From an uncultured Pseudomonadota bacterium (lineage in GTDB: Bacteria; Pseudomonadota; Gammaproteobacteria; DASZBR01): a stretch of DNA of 64,000 nucleotides. The stretch lies in assembly GCA_963712965.1 (NCBI GenBank), contig CAVQJZ010000007.1, forward strand, positions 205,365 to 269,364, given 5' to 3'. Every line of letters starts with the position of its first letter. Within the stretch, counting starts at the first letter, position 1. The position numbers and the translations under genes were made by a program. The notes under the pieces are model-generated. The model made no database searches, had not been told where the DNA came from, and saw only the letters and a list, made by a program, of their open reading frames with translations. Shown here piece by piece: positions 55,001 through 64,000 of the stretch.

Positions 55001-55424
55001 CTGCTTGCGCTACTTGATGCGTCAATAACGCTTGGCCGATTTCACTTTCTTTGCCCTGCAATAACAATAAACCAGCACTACTTTCTAGTAACCACGCAAG
55101 CTTAATGACAGGTACGCCATTCACTTGCCCTTCCATATAAGCGCGCGAAATTAAACGTGTAAGATTTTTATAGCCTTCCTCGTTTTGACACAATAACGTC
55201 ACACGCCATGAGTCTAGAAAAATATCCATGCCAAAAATAGGTTTAATACCAGCCGCGATCGCTGCTTTATAAAATTTTACGGCGCCAAATAAATTATTTT
55301 GATCAGTGAGCGCACACGCAAACATGTTTTTTTCATGCACGGCTTTAACGAGCGGTTTCAAACGCACGATACCATCGACGATGGAATATTCGCTGTGAAT
55401 TCTCAGATGAATAAACGATGTCAT
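52020..55424 (-). CDS. dnaE: DNA polymerase III alpha subunit
   Basis: 1134 aa; PHP domain, polymerase core, OB fold. Confidence 0.95.
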   Translation of the reverse strand: MTSFIHLRIHSEYSIVDGIVRLKPLVKAVHEKNMFACALTDQNNLFGAVKFYKAAIAAGIKPIFGMDIFLDSWRVTLLCQNEEGYKNLTRLISRAYMEGQVNGVPVIKLAWLLESSAGLLLLQGKESEIGQALLTHQVAQAENLYQQFKEKFSQRFYLEIQRTGRADEETFIDAAVEFAARFDVPLVATNDVRFLAADDYEAHEARVCIHDGVVLADPQRQRKYSAQQYLRSSKEMEELFSDLPEALANSVEIAKRCNVTLNLGKNFLPQFPIPSGTTIEKYLSDQSNQGLNARLQEANITERKLYDDRLAFELSVINNMGFAGYFLIVADFIAWAKNNGVPVGPGRGSGAGSLVAYALGITDVNPLPYDLLFERFLNPERISMPDFDIDFCMDGRDRVIDYVAQKYGRESVAQIITYGSMAAKAVVRDVGRVLAHPYGFVDKIAKLIPFELGITLDKALKQEEELRARYNDEDEVKTLLDLAKKLEGLTRNAGKHAGGVVISPSLLTDFTPIYCEPGGDHPVSQFDKDDVEAVGLVKFDFLGLRTLTIIAHAVENINQQRRTQQESLLDITKLMLDDQKTFALIKDCATTAVFQLESRGMKDLIKRLQPDSFEDIISLVALFRPGPLQSGMVDDFINRRHGRARVEYPHPSLESVLRPTYGMILYQEQVMQIAQVLAGYTLGSADLLRKAMGKKKIEEMAKQRAIFIEGAVTRGVDAHIANTIFDLMEKFAEYGFNKSHSAAYAMVAYQTAWLKAHYPAEFMAAVLSSDMDNTDKVVDFLQECCRMKLTIIPPNVNCSKYRFTVTEKGEILYGLGAIKGMGEAIINHIVEKRSAEGVFTDLFSFCQRLDSHKLNRRALEALIKSGAFDSFAVDRAVLSANVDKALLAAEQKLSAKNRGQVSLFDDEPAAHHVHYNAASPWTEKERLQNEKTTLGFYLSGHPLQQYAQELSHFTTAALADIAKTQKQTLMVAGLVIGMRTMFTKRGDRMAFIQLEDQTARVELTIFSEMYEKNKKYLVTDQILIVEGEVSLDDFTGSHKLIARNLYSLDVARERFAKYLLLSLQAEKMASHDIERLQKILHPACPGFCPVYIEYETKEAKAKVALGEQWKVKLSDELLGQLRLSLGEQKVAVCY

Positions 55425-55428
55425 GCGA

Positions 55429-57663
55429 TTAATTTCTCAACGGTTTGCCCGTCTTTAACATATGCGCAATACGCGCTTGGGTTTTTTCACTGCGTGCTAG
55501 CTCAACAAATGCTTCACGCTCGAGACGCAAATACCATGTTTCATCAACGATCGCGCCTGCATCTAATTGTCCGCCGCATAATATTTCCGCTACTTTGGTA
55601 CCAATCAAATAATCATGATCAGAAATAAAACTACCTTCGCGCATATTGATTAATTGCATCATAAACGTCGCAATACCTGCTTTACCTACTACAGGAATTC
55701 GCGGATGCATCGGCGCTTGATAATAATCACTCATCATCAACACTTGTTGTTTAGCAACAGACAATAATTTATCAGCGTTCATGATAATGACATCAGATTC
55801 GCGCAAATAATTTCTTTGTTGCGCTTCTTCTGCACTACTTGATACTTGTGCCCAAGCAATTTGTTTAAAATACTGTTGTAAATCACGAAAAGGATCATCG
55901 CCACGTGCTTCTTGATAAGCGCGTAATGCAAATTCTTTTGAACCACCGCCGGCTGGCAATAAACCCACGCCCACTTCAGGTAACCCAATATAACTTTCGC
56001 AGGCAGCTACAATTCTTGCACTGTGCATTGCCAGCTCACATCCGCCACCTAACGCTAATCCACGAATTGCTGCAACAACTGGCACATTCGCATAACGAAT
56101 CGCAAGCGCTGTTTTTTGAAATTTTGTTACTACCTCTAAAACACGACTTGGATCTGCTTCGGCTAAATTTGCACCGGCACTAAAATTTTCTGTGCCTTGC
56201 CAAATCACTAAACCACGATAATCTTTTTCCGCATAACGAATTGCTTCAACAATACCATCAAGCACAGCATCATTAATCGTATTTAATTTAGTTTTAAAAC
56301 TTAAAATAGCAACGCCATCTTTTTGATGCCAACAACGCAGCACATTATTTTCAAAAATAATTTCGCTTGGCATACTCGCGGCAGGTTTTTTAAAGCTTGG
56401 ATTTTTTGTCCATTCAGGTAACGCCACTGCTGCCATGGTTTTATTGGCTTTTTGTTCTTCTTCAATTGCTTTACGCACCTCTTCCCATCCGGCATTTTTC
56501 CACACGGCAAAAGGCCCAGCTTGCCAACCAAATCCCCAACACATCACCGCATCAATATCTTCTAAAGAGTGCGCGATTTCTTGACAATGAAAAGCACAAT
56601 AATGAAATAAATCACGCAGACACGCCCATAAAAATTGGGCTTGTGGATGCGCACTTTGACGCAACAATTGCACACGTTCTTGCGGATTTTTATTTTGTAA
56701 TATTTTCAATACCTCGGGATCTGCATTTTTATCTGCAAGGCGATACGCTTTTTGCGCGATATCCCACACATAAATGGCATTACCCATTTTTTGATAAATA
56801 CCCTTGCTTGCTTTTTGTCCAATGGCACCTTGTTGAATTAATTCCATTGACCAAGCGGGCATTTGATAAAACTTCGCCCAGGGATCTTTGGGCAAACGTT
56901 CAATTAGTGTATTCACCACATGGGCAAACGTATCTAACCCAACCACATCCGCGGTACGTAACGTAGCGCTTTTAGCACGACCTAATGCCGGACCTGTTAA
57001 CGCATCGACAACTTCCAAAGGAATATTAAATTGTTCGGCGTGATAAATCGTTGCCAACATGGAAAATACACCGACGCGATTGGCAATAAAATTCGGTGTG
57101 TCTTTAGCATAAATACAACCTTTGCCTAAACGATCGGTTAAAAATTGTTCCAACGCATGCAACATATTTTTATCTGTTTTTGCGTGCGGAATTAATTCCA
57201 CTAAATGCATATAACGCGGTGGATTAAAAAAATGTACGCCACAAAAATGATGGCGCAATGATTCAGGTAACGCTTCGGCTAATTCATGAATCATCAAACC
57301 AGAGGTATTACTCACAAAATAAGCTTCTGGCTTAATAAACGGTGCGATTTTATTATAAAGCGATTGCTTAATATCCATACGTTCTGCAACCGCTTCCACA
57401 ATCAAGTCACATTCTTTTAATAACGCTAAATGTTGTTCGTAATTTGCTGGAATAATTTCATCAGCCACACTTGGCACCACTAAAGGCGAAGGCTTTAATT
57501 TTTTCAAATTTGCTAATGCTTTTAAGACAATGCCATTTAAATCACCGTCTTTAGCTGGCATATCAAATAATATGACGGGAATATTTGCATTAGCGATGTG
57601 TGCCGCGATTTGCGCACCCATCACTCCCGCACCCAAAACGGCGACTTTACGAATGGTTGACAT
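55429..57663 (-). CDS. fused 3-hydroxyacyl-CoA dehydrogenase (N-terminal) / enoyl-CoA hydratase (C-terminal), FadN-like
   Basis: 744 aa. N-terminal Rossmann VAVLGAGVMGAQIA; C-terminal crotonase block ALGGGCELAMH. Confidence 0.8.
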   Translation of the reverse strand: MSTIRKVAVLGAGVMGAQIAAHIANANIPVILFDMPAKDGDLNGIVLKALANLKKLKPSPLVVPSVADEIIPANYEQHLALLKECDLIVEAVAERMDIKQSLYNKIAPFIKPEAYFVSNTSGLMIHELAEALPESLRHHFCGVHFFNPPRYMHLVELIPHAKTDKNMLHALEQFLTDRLGKGCIYAKDTPNFIANRVGVFSMLATIYHAEQFNIPLEVVDALTGPALGRAKSATLRTADVVGLDTFAHVVNTLIERLPKDPWAKFYQMPAWSMELIQQGAIGQKASKGIYQKMGNAIYVWDIAQKAYRLADKNADPEVLKILQNKNPQERVQLLRQSAHPQAQFLWACLRDLFHYCAFHCQEIAHSLEDIDAVMCWGFGWQAGPFAVWKNAGWEEVRKAIEEEQKANKTMAAVALPEWTKNPSFKKPAASMPSEIIFENNVLRCWHQKDGVAILSFKTKLNTINDAVLDGIVEAIRYAEKDYRGLVIWQGTENFSAGANLAEADPSRVLEVVTKFQKTALAIRYANVPVVAAIRGLALGGGCELAMHSARIVAACESYIGLPEVGVGLLPAGGGSKEFALRAYQEARGDDPFRDLQQYFKQIAWAQVSSSAEEAQQRNYLRESDVIIMNADKLLSVAKQQVLMMSDYYQAPMHPRIPVVGKAGIATFMMQLINMREGSFISDHDYLIGTKVAEILCGGQLDAGAIVDETWYLRLEREAFVELARSEKTQARIAHMLKTGKPLRN

Positions 57664-57676
57664 AAAAGATTACCCT

Positions 57677-57925
57677 TTATTTGTTTTTGCAGTTCTTAGT
57701 AATAAGCTGGTCTAATGCTTGGCGTTGCGCAGTAGTGGTATCACCGGTTTCTGTATTCATATTAGTTTGGTTATACAATTGTTGTCTTTCCAACGCTTTG
57801 CAATTAATTTTAGCGGGAACATAAGCAGCCGTTGAAGAATTGGCGGAATGAGTAGCGCTGGTGTAACATCCAGCAAGTAAAAGAGAGGCCATAAATACAA
57901 CAGCTAAACGAATAAAGTGAGACAT
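57677..57925 (-). CDS. small putative lipoprotein
   Basis: ORF 57677..58105. Start at MSHFIRLAVVFMASLLLAGC (lipobox LAGC). Confidence 0.4.
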   Translation of the reverse strand: MSHFIRLAVVFMASLLLAGCYTSATHSANSSTAAYVPAKINCKALERQQLYNQTNMNTETGDTTTAQRQALDQLITKNCKNK

Positions 57926-57976
57926 AAAAGCACTCCGTAATTGGTGAATTTGGTATTTTAAACAAAGGAAGGACCC

Positions 57977-60217
57977 GTGGCAAAACGTTCGAAGATCAAT
58001 GACCCTTTCGCACATCGCGAAGCACAAAAATATTCGCAACCCATTCCCAGCCGGGAATATATCATGCAAATCTTGAAAGATCGCGGTAAACCTGCCAACG
58101 CGCAAGAACTGCAGGAGCTACTACAATTAAAAGACGATGAAGCGATCGACGCCTTAAAAAAACGCCTGCGCGCCATGGAGCGCGATGGTCAGTTAATTCA
58201 GAATCGTCAGGATGGTTTTGGCTTAGTCAGCAAAATGAATTTAATCCCTGGGCGCGTGATTGGCCACAAAGATGGCTTTGGTTTTGTGGTTCCCGATGAT
58301 GGCAGTGATGACCTGTTTTTACCGGCGCACTTTATGCGCGCTGTCTTTGATGGCGATCGTGTTTTAGTCCGCGTCAATAATATTGATCGACGTGGTCGAC
58401 GCGAGGCGGCATTAGTACAAGTACTCGAACATAACACGCAACAATTGGTTGGCCGCTTGAGTATTGAAAATGGCGTGGCCCGATTAATGCCTGATCACAA
58501 ACGCATCAGGCAAGAAATTATTATTCCACCGAGCGAAGTGAATGGCGCAAAACACGGGCAAATTGTTACCGCTACCATCACCACACAACCTACACTCAGT
58601 CGTAATGCCATTGGAAAAATCACTGAAATATTAGGTGAGCAACGCGCACCTGGCATGGAAATTGATATTGCCATTCGCTCACACGACATTCCTTATGTAT
58701 GGCCCAATGATGTGAATGATGAAATCAAAACATTTAAACCATTAAAAGACGGCGTAAATTATACCGATCGCGAAGATATTCGTCATTTGCCATTAGTTAC
58801 GATTGATGGTGACGATGCAAAAGATTTTGATGATGCCGTATATTGTGAAAAACGTGCGCGCAATGGGTGGCGTTTAATTGTAGCGATTGCTGATGTGAGT
58901 CATTACGTTATACCAGAAACCGCATTAGATAAAGAAGCGGCTAATCGCGGCAATTCAGTTTATTTTCCCAGCAGCGTTATTCCCATGTTGCCAGAAGTAT
59001 TATCCAACGGATTATGTTCATTAAATCCTAACGTTGATCGTTTATGCATGGTTTGCGATATGCAAATTAGTCCAGAGGGCACATTATCGCGCTACGAATT
59101 TTATCCTGCCGTCATGCACTCTAAAGCACGATTAACATACAACGATGTCGCCGCCGCATTAAAAGGCGAAAAAGACGCTGTGAAAAAATTAACTAACGTA
59201 TTGCCGCAGTTGCAAGAATTACATGGTCTTTATAAACAATTATTAAAATCACGGCATGGACGTGGCGCCATTGATTTCGACACGGTGGAAACTAAAGTTA
59301 TTTTCGGACCTGAACGCAAAATTCAACAAATTGTACCGGTCATACGCAATGATGCGCATCGTTTAATTGAAGAATGTATGTTGTGTGCCAATGTGGCTGC
59401 CGCACACTGGTTAGAAAAATATGATTTGCCGACATTATATCGAGTGCACGAAGGACCAACCGCCGAAAAGTTAATGGATTTACGTGATTTCTTAAAAGAA
59501 TTTAATTTAGGATTGCGCGGCGGAAAAGATCCACAACCGAATGATTACGGCGAATTATTGCGCCAAATTAATTCACGCCCCGAAGCGCACATTATTCAAA
59601 CAGTTTTATTGCGCTCATTGCGTCAAGCAGTTTACAGCCCAGAAAATGTAGGGCACTTTGGTTTGGCGTATGATGCGTATACGCATTTCACATCGCCTAT
59701 TCGTCGTTACCCAGATTTATTGGTGCATCGCCAAATTCGTCAAAGTTTAAAAAAGGGCAAAAAAATAGTTTCTTTATATGATGAGAAAACATTACACGAA
59801 ATCGGCACACATTGTTCGATGACCGAACGCAGAGCCGATGAAGCAACACGCTCGGCGATGGATGCATTGAAGTGCGAATTTATGTCATCGCGCGTTGGTG
59901 AAGAATATTCAGGCATCATTAATTCTGTCACTGGCTTTGGTTTGTTTGTTGAGCTGGCGGATCTTTATATCGAAGGTTTAGTGCATATCACTGCGTTACC
60001 TAATGATTATTACCAATTTGATCCGATTAAACATTGCTTAATCGGTGAGCGCACAGGAAAAATTTATCGCTTAGGCCAAACTATTCGCGTGAAAGTCGCG
60101 CGCGTTGATGTTGATGATAAAAAAATTGATTTTGTTAGCACTGAAAAAGTGGAAGAAAAGAAAACGGTCAAAAAAGAAAAACGCAAACAAAAAGGCAAAC
60201 GTAACAAAAAACGCTAG
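57977..60217 (+). CDS. rnr: ribonuclease R
   Basis: GTG start; cold-shock domains, RNB domain, S1 domain and a Lys-rich C-terminal tail. Confidence 0.92.
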   Translation: MAKRSKINDPFAHREAQKYSQPIPSREYIMQILKDRGKPANAQELQELLQLKDDEAIDALKKRLRAMERDGQLIQNRQDGFGLVSKMNLIPGRVIGHKDGFGFVVPDDGSDDLFLPAHFMRAVFDGDRVLVRVNNIDRRGRREAALVQVLEHNTQQLVGRLSIENGVARLMPDHKRIRQEIIIPPSEVNGAKHGQIVTATITTQPTLSRNAIGKITEILGEQRAPGMEIDIAIRSHDIPYVWPNDVNDEIKTFKPLKDGVNYTDREDIRHLPLVTIDGDDAKDFDDAVYCEKRARNGWRLIVAIADVSHYVIPETALDKEAANRGNSVYFPSSVIPMLPEVLSNGLCSLNPNVDRLCMVCDMQISPEGTLSRYEFYPAVMHSKARLTYNDVAAALKGEKDAVKKLTNVLPQLQELHGLYKQLLKSRHGRGAIDFDTVETKVIFGPERKIQQIVPVIRNDAHRLIEECMLCANVAAAHWLEKYDLPTLYRVHEGPTAEKLMDLRDFLKEFNLGLRGGKDPQPNDYGELLRQINSRPEAHIIQTVLLRSLRQAVYSPENVGHFGLAYDAYTHFTSPIRRYPDLLVHRQIRQSLKKGKKIVSLYDEKTLHEIGTHCSMTERRADEATRSAMDALKCEFMSSRVGEEYSGIINSVTGFGLFVELADLYIEGLVHITALPNDYYQFDPIKHCLIGERTGKIYRLGQTIRVKVARVDVDDKKIDFVSTEKVEEKKTVKKEKRKQKGKRNKKR

Positions 60218-60244
60218 TATATTTCCCCGTCATTGCGAGGCAAC

Positions 60245-61111
60245 TTAAGACCCCACCGCTGCTGCACCGGCGACAATTTCTGCTAATTCTTTGGTAATCG
60301 CTGCTTGGCGCGCTTTATTGTAAACCAACTGCAATTTGTTAATTAAATCATTAGCGTTTTCAGACGCATTTTTCATCGCCACCATACGTGCGGCTTGTTC
60401 GCACGCAATATTTTCAACTACACCTTGGTAAATTTGCGATTCGATATAACGCTTTAATAATAAATCTAATAATTCTTTAGCTTCAGGTTCATAAATATAA
60501 TCCCAAATACCTTTGGTGCCTTCTTCTTTGATAGCCTCTAACGGTAACAATTGAATTAATTGTGGTTTTTGCGTCATGCTATTTACAAACTCATTGTGCA
60601 CAATAAATAAACCATCAATTTGTTTGGCGTCATACGCATCGAGCATTACTTTAATCGCACCGATTAAATCAGTGGCGCGTGGCGCGTCACCTAAATGTTT
60701 TGCTTGCGATAATATTTTTCCGCCGTGGCGTTTGAAAAATATTTCCGCTTTATTGCCAATTAAACACAATGAAATATCTACATCATTGGTATTCCAATCA
60801 CGCATCGCGTGAATAGCTGTTTTAAATAAATTAACATTTAAACTTCCACACAATCCACGATCGGAAGTCACGACGACTAAACCCGCACGTTTTAGTGCGC
60901 GCTCTTCTAAATAAGGATGGCGATATTCCGGATGAGAATTTGCTAAATGCCCAATGACCGTGCGAATTTTTCGCGCATACGGGCGAGCATTAGACATGCG
61001 CTTGTGCGCTTTATGCATTTTACTGGCAGCGACCATTTCCATCGCACGCGTAATTTTTTGCGTACTTTTTACACTGCGAATCTTGCCACGAATTTCTTTG
61101 GTAACGGCCAT
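60245..61111 (-). CDS. atpG: F0F1 ATP synthase gamma subunit, stand-alone
   Basis: 288 aa, collinear with E. coli AtpG ([32 protein letters not shown] ... [13 protein letters not shown]). No atpA or atpD flank it. Confidence 0.85.
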   Translation of the reverse strand: MAVTKEIRGKIRSVKSTQKITRAMEMVAASKMHKAHKRMSNARPYARKIRTVIGHLANSHPEYRHPYLEERALKRAGLVVVTSDRGLCGSLNVNLFKTAIHAMRDWNTNDVDISLCLIGNKAEIFFKRHGGKILSQAKHLGDAPRATDLIGAIKVMLDAYDAKQIDGLFIVHNEFVNSMTQKPQLIQLLPLEAIKEEGTKGIWDYIYEPEAKELLDLLLKRYIESQIYQGVVENIACEQAARMVAMKNASENANDLINKLQLVYNKARQAAITKELAEIVAGAAAVGS

Positions 61112-61204
61112 AAAGCAGTAATTCCTTGATCGTTTATTAAATAAGTGTGCGAGTATAACCAGCGTGAGGAAATGGTGGAAGCATGCTAGTCTTTAAATAT
61201 GAAA

Positions 61205-61281
61205 GTCCCGGTGGCGCAGCTGGATAGCGCGGCCCCCTCCTAAGGGGCAGGTCGGCGGTTCGAATCCGCCCCGGGACACCA
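61205..61281 (+). tRNA. tRNA-Arg (anticodon CCT)
   Basis: Manually folded cloverleaf: acceptor gtcccgg/ccgggac, D-arm gcgc/gcgc, anticodon stem gcccc/ggggc with loop cuCCUaa, T-arm ggcgg-ttcgaat-ccgcc, 3' CCA. Confidence 0.85.
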
Positions 61282-61284
61282 AAT

Positions 61285-61929
61285 TCAAAACCAATATGCT
61301 GTCGCTGTCATTACCTTAGAAACCGCTGACATCAAGTGTTTTATTGGTTTAGGTAATTCTTCTGCACCTTGTGTGATAGCCACTTGTGCATGTTCCGCTT
61401 CTTCATCACGCATCGTTTCTAAAATCTTGCGTGTTTTAATATCAGTGGCGGAAATTCGCTGTAGATGATTTTCTAAATGGCGCGTGACCTGGCGTTCCGT
61501 TTCCGCCAGAAACCCTAAGCTCCATTGGTCTCCAGCAACGCCTGCCAGCAACCCCAACAAAAAAGAACCAGTAAACCAAACTGGATTTAGATAACTCACG
61601 TGACTATCTAATTCTTGCAGACGCTTTTGGCACCAGAGCAAATGGTCTTCTTCTTCGAGGCCGGCATGCTCTAATTGTTTGGTGATCTCATGATTGCGCG
61701 CAGTTAATGCCTGACCTTTATAGAGTGCTTGCGCACAGACTTCGCCGGCATAGTTGACGCGCATAAGACCCGCCACATGTTTTCGTTCTTCGGCAGACAA
61801 CGCATGGTCAACGATATATTCCGCAGGATTTGCTCTGCTGTTTTCATGACCAACGTTATGGCCAGTGAGCACACGCAAGGCTTTATCTGCCTTTAAGCAA
61901 AACGCATCAATAGCTGAGAATTGGCGCAT
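61285..61929 (-). CDS. coq7: 2-nonaprenyl-3-methyl-6-methoxy-1,4-benzoquinol hydroxylase (Coq7, di-iron)
   Basis: COQ7 ExxH di-iron motifs (NYAGEVCAQALY, EEEDHL). Confidence 0.8.
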   Translation of the reverse strand: MRQFSAIDAFCLKADKALRVLTGHNVGHENSRANPAEYIVDHALSAEERKHVAGLMRVNYAGEVCAQALYKGQALTARNHEITKQLEHAGLEEEDHLLWCQKRLQELDSHVSYLNPVWFTGSFLLGLLAGVAGDQWSLGFLAETERQVTRHLENHLQRISATDIKTRKILETMRDEEAEHAQVAITQGAEELPKPIKHLMSAVSKVMTATAYWF

Positions 61930-62006
61930 AAGGTTTTTTCCGCAAGCCGTAAAAATAAGGTACTATCGCAAGATTAACATAAATGTTTTTTGTAAGGTGT
62001 ATACCT

Positions 62007-62690
62007 ATGCCAATTCGAGTATTAGTCAACGGTGCCAATGGCAAAATGGGCCAAGAAGTGGTGAAAGCCATACAACAGGACAAAGAATTAAATCTAGCGG
62101 GTACCGCAGGCAAAAATGACAATCTGGCAGAAAAAATTAAAAGCACACAAGCGCAAGTTGTCGTCGATTTTACTGTTGCGGGTAGCGGATTTAAAAACAC
62201 ACAAACGATTATTGAAGCCGGCGCACATCCTGTCATTGGCACGACGGGTTTTAGCCTAGAACAAATCGATGCGTTACAAAAAATAGCTGCCACTAAAAAA
62301 CTCGGCGGCATTGTTGCACCGAACTTTTCTCCTGGCGCTGTACTTATGATGCAATTTTCCGAAACGGCCGCACGCTATTTTCCGCACGTTGAAATTATTG
62401 AAATGCATCATGATGGCAAAAAAGATGCGCCTTCGGGTACGTCACGCAAAACTGCTGACATGATTGCGGATGTATTAAATAAAAAATCTTCTGCGATTCC
62501 TATTCATTCTGTACGCTTACCAGGATTAGTTGCGCATCAATTAGTGGTATTTGGTGGACACGGTGAAACGTTGACGATTCGTCATGATTCCGTCAATCGC
62601 GAATGTTTTATGCCAGGCGTGATCCTTGCTTGTAAAAAAGTCGTGCTATTAAAAGAATTGGTTTACGGCTTAGAAAAAATATTGAGGTAA
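62007..62690 (+). CDS. dapB: 4-hydroxy-tetrahydrodipicolinate reductase
   Basis: ORF 61983..62690. Start at MPIRVLVNGANGKMG (62007); EIIEMHHDGKKDAPSGT motif. Confidence 0.85.
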   Translation: MPIRVLVNGANGKMGQEVVKAIQQDKELNLAGTAGKNDNLAEKIKSTQAQVVVDFTVAGSGFKNTQTIIEAGAHPVIGTTGFSLEQIDALQKIAATKKLGGIVAPNFSPGAVLMMQFSETAARYFPHVEIIEMHHDGKKDAPSGTSRKTADMIADVLNKKSSAIPIHSVRLPGLVAHQLVVFGGHGETLTIRHDSVNRECFMPGVILACKKVVLLKELVYGLEKILR

Positions 62691-62693
62691 TTA

Positions 62694-64000
62694 TGTTCAA
62701 CCAACTAACACAAAATATTGCCAGCGTAGTTAAAAAAATCACGGGCAAAAGCAAATTAACCGAAGAAAATATTCAAGACGCGCTACGCGATGTGCGTGTG
62801 GCATTATTAGAAGCGGACGTTGCATTTCCTGTCATCAAAATTTTTCTTGATCACGTGCGCGAAAAAGCGCTTGGTCAAGAAGTCTTAACCAGCGTTAATC
62901 CTTCACAAGCATTCATTAAAATCGTACACGATGAATTAATCACTCTCATGGGACAATTTAATGAAACATTACAATTAAATACGCAACCACCGGCCGTCAT
63001 TTTAATGGCGGGCTTGCAAGGTTCAGGAAAAACAACCACCACAGGAAAACTGGCGCGTTATTTAAAAGAAACACAAAAGAAATCTGTGTTGATCACAAGT
63101 TGCGATATTTATCGCCCAGCCGCCATCAAACAATTAGAAACATTGGCGCATCAATTAGACGTTCATTTTCATCCCAGCGATAATTCGCAATCACCCGTCA
63201 ACATTGCTAAAGACGCGATTCAATCCGCTAAACAAAAATCCATTGATATCGTTATTATCGATACAGCCGGACGATTACATATTGACGCCGACATGATGCG
63301 TGAAATTCGTGAGATTCATGCGGCTGCGCAACCTATCGAAACATTGTTTGTTGTTGATAGCATGACAGGGCAAGACGCCGCGAATACAGCCAAAGTATTT
63401 AATGATGCATTGCCATTAACCGGCGTGATCCTCACAAAAACCGACGGCGATGCTCGAGGCGGTGCCGCACTTTCCATCCGACAAATTACCGGCAAACCAA
63501 TTAAATTTATTGGCGCTGGTGAAAAACTCGATGCGCTACAACCTTTTTATCCTGAGCGAATTGCTTCACGCATTTTAGGCATGGGCGATATTGTTTCTTT
63601 GGTCGAAGAAGCGCACGCTAAAATCGACGAAGCCGCTGCCAAAAAAACCATGAAAAAATTAAACAAAGGCCGATTCGATTTAGAAGATTATCGTGATCAA
63701 TTGCTACAAATGAATAAATTAGGTGGCGTAGCAAGTTTACTAGACAAACTACCTGGTGCGGCAACATTGCCCAGTCAATTAAAAAATACGGTCAATGACA
63801 AAATGTTTGGTCAAGTGGTCGCCATCATTAATTCTATGACGCCACAAGAACGACGCTTTCCCGATATCATTCGTGGTTCGCGCAAGCGTCGAATTTCAGC
63901 AGGTTCAGGAACGCAAGTGCAAGATGTGAACCGTTTGTTAAAACAATTTATACAAATGCAAAAAATGATGAAAAAAATGTCTGGTCGTGGTGGAATGATG
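62694..64000 (+). CDS. ffh: signal recognition particle protein Ffh (3'-partial at window end)
   Basis: MFNQLTQ...; NG-domain GTPase motifs GLQGSGKTTT, DTAGR, TKTDGDARGG; M-domain begins. Runs off the window, so it is absent from the ORF track. Confidence 0.92.

Noticed and set aside
61907-62311. 134-aa minus-strand ORF overlapping the dapB 5' half and the coq7/dapB intergenic region
   Set aside because: Antisense to dapB, Cys/Pro-rich low complexity, no RBS.

Overview
This 64-kb window looks like a low-GC (~38-40%) gammaproteobacterial chromosome segment, plausibly Legionellales-like (Coxiella, Rickettsiella or Legionella relatives); that attribution is inference from gene content and composition. 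Most of it is conserved housekeeping genes: nadE (partial), asd, comM, groES-groEL with a CIRCE operator, pyrG, hemF, coaD, ttcA, mnmA, thyA, a waaG/waaP/heptosyltransferase LPS-core cluster, mpl-rodA-mrdA, epmB-efp-epmA, gltX, tag, folD, coaX, ybeD-dacA, pcm-like, tolC, rlmB, dnaE, fadN-like, rnr, tRNA-Arg(CCT), coq7, dapB and ffh (partial). Several small accessory islets are embedded in this backbone. (1) A ~2-kb insertion carries two unknown genes (469 aa and 103 aa) and is bounded by a ~210-240 bp duplication of the 3' end of epmB. (2) A ~3.5-kb islet between epmA and the SPFH gene holds an IS3-family element, a coiled-coil effector-like ORF, a DUF559 gene and a frameshifted HEPN-like remnant; it is punctuated by four copies of a dispersed hairpin + G-quadruplex-like repeat. 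(3) A ~2-kb AT-rich insertion in the LPS/murein gene neighbourhood has two convergent unknown ORFs. (4) A tandem pair of paralogous coiled-coil membrane proteins lies between hemF and the ferredoxin gene. (5) A GIY-YIG gene sits between comM and groEL, bracketed by inverted hairpin repeats. (6) A DUF3800 gene is present. (7) An F1-ATPase gamma gene (atpG) stands apart from any atpA or atpD. No CRISPR array or rRNA is present. Alternative start sites were computed from the ORF-track frames.
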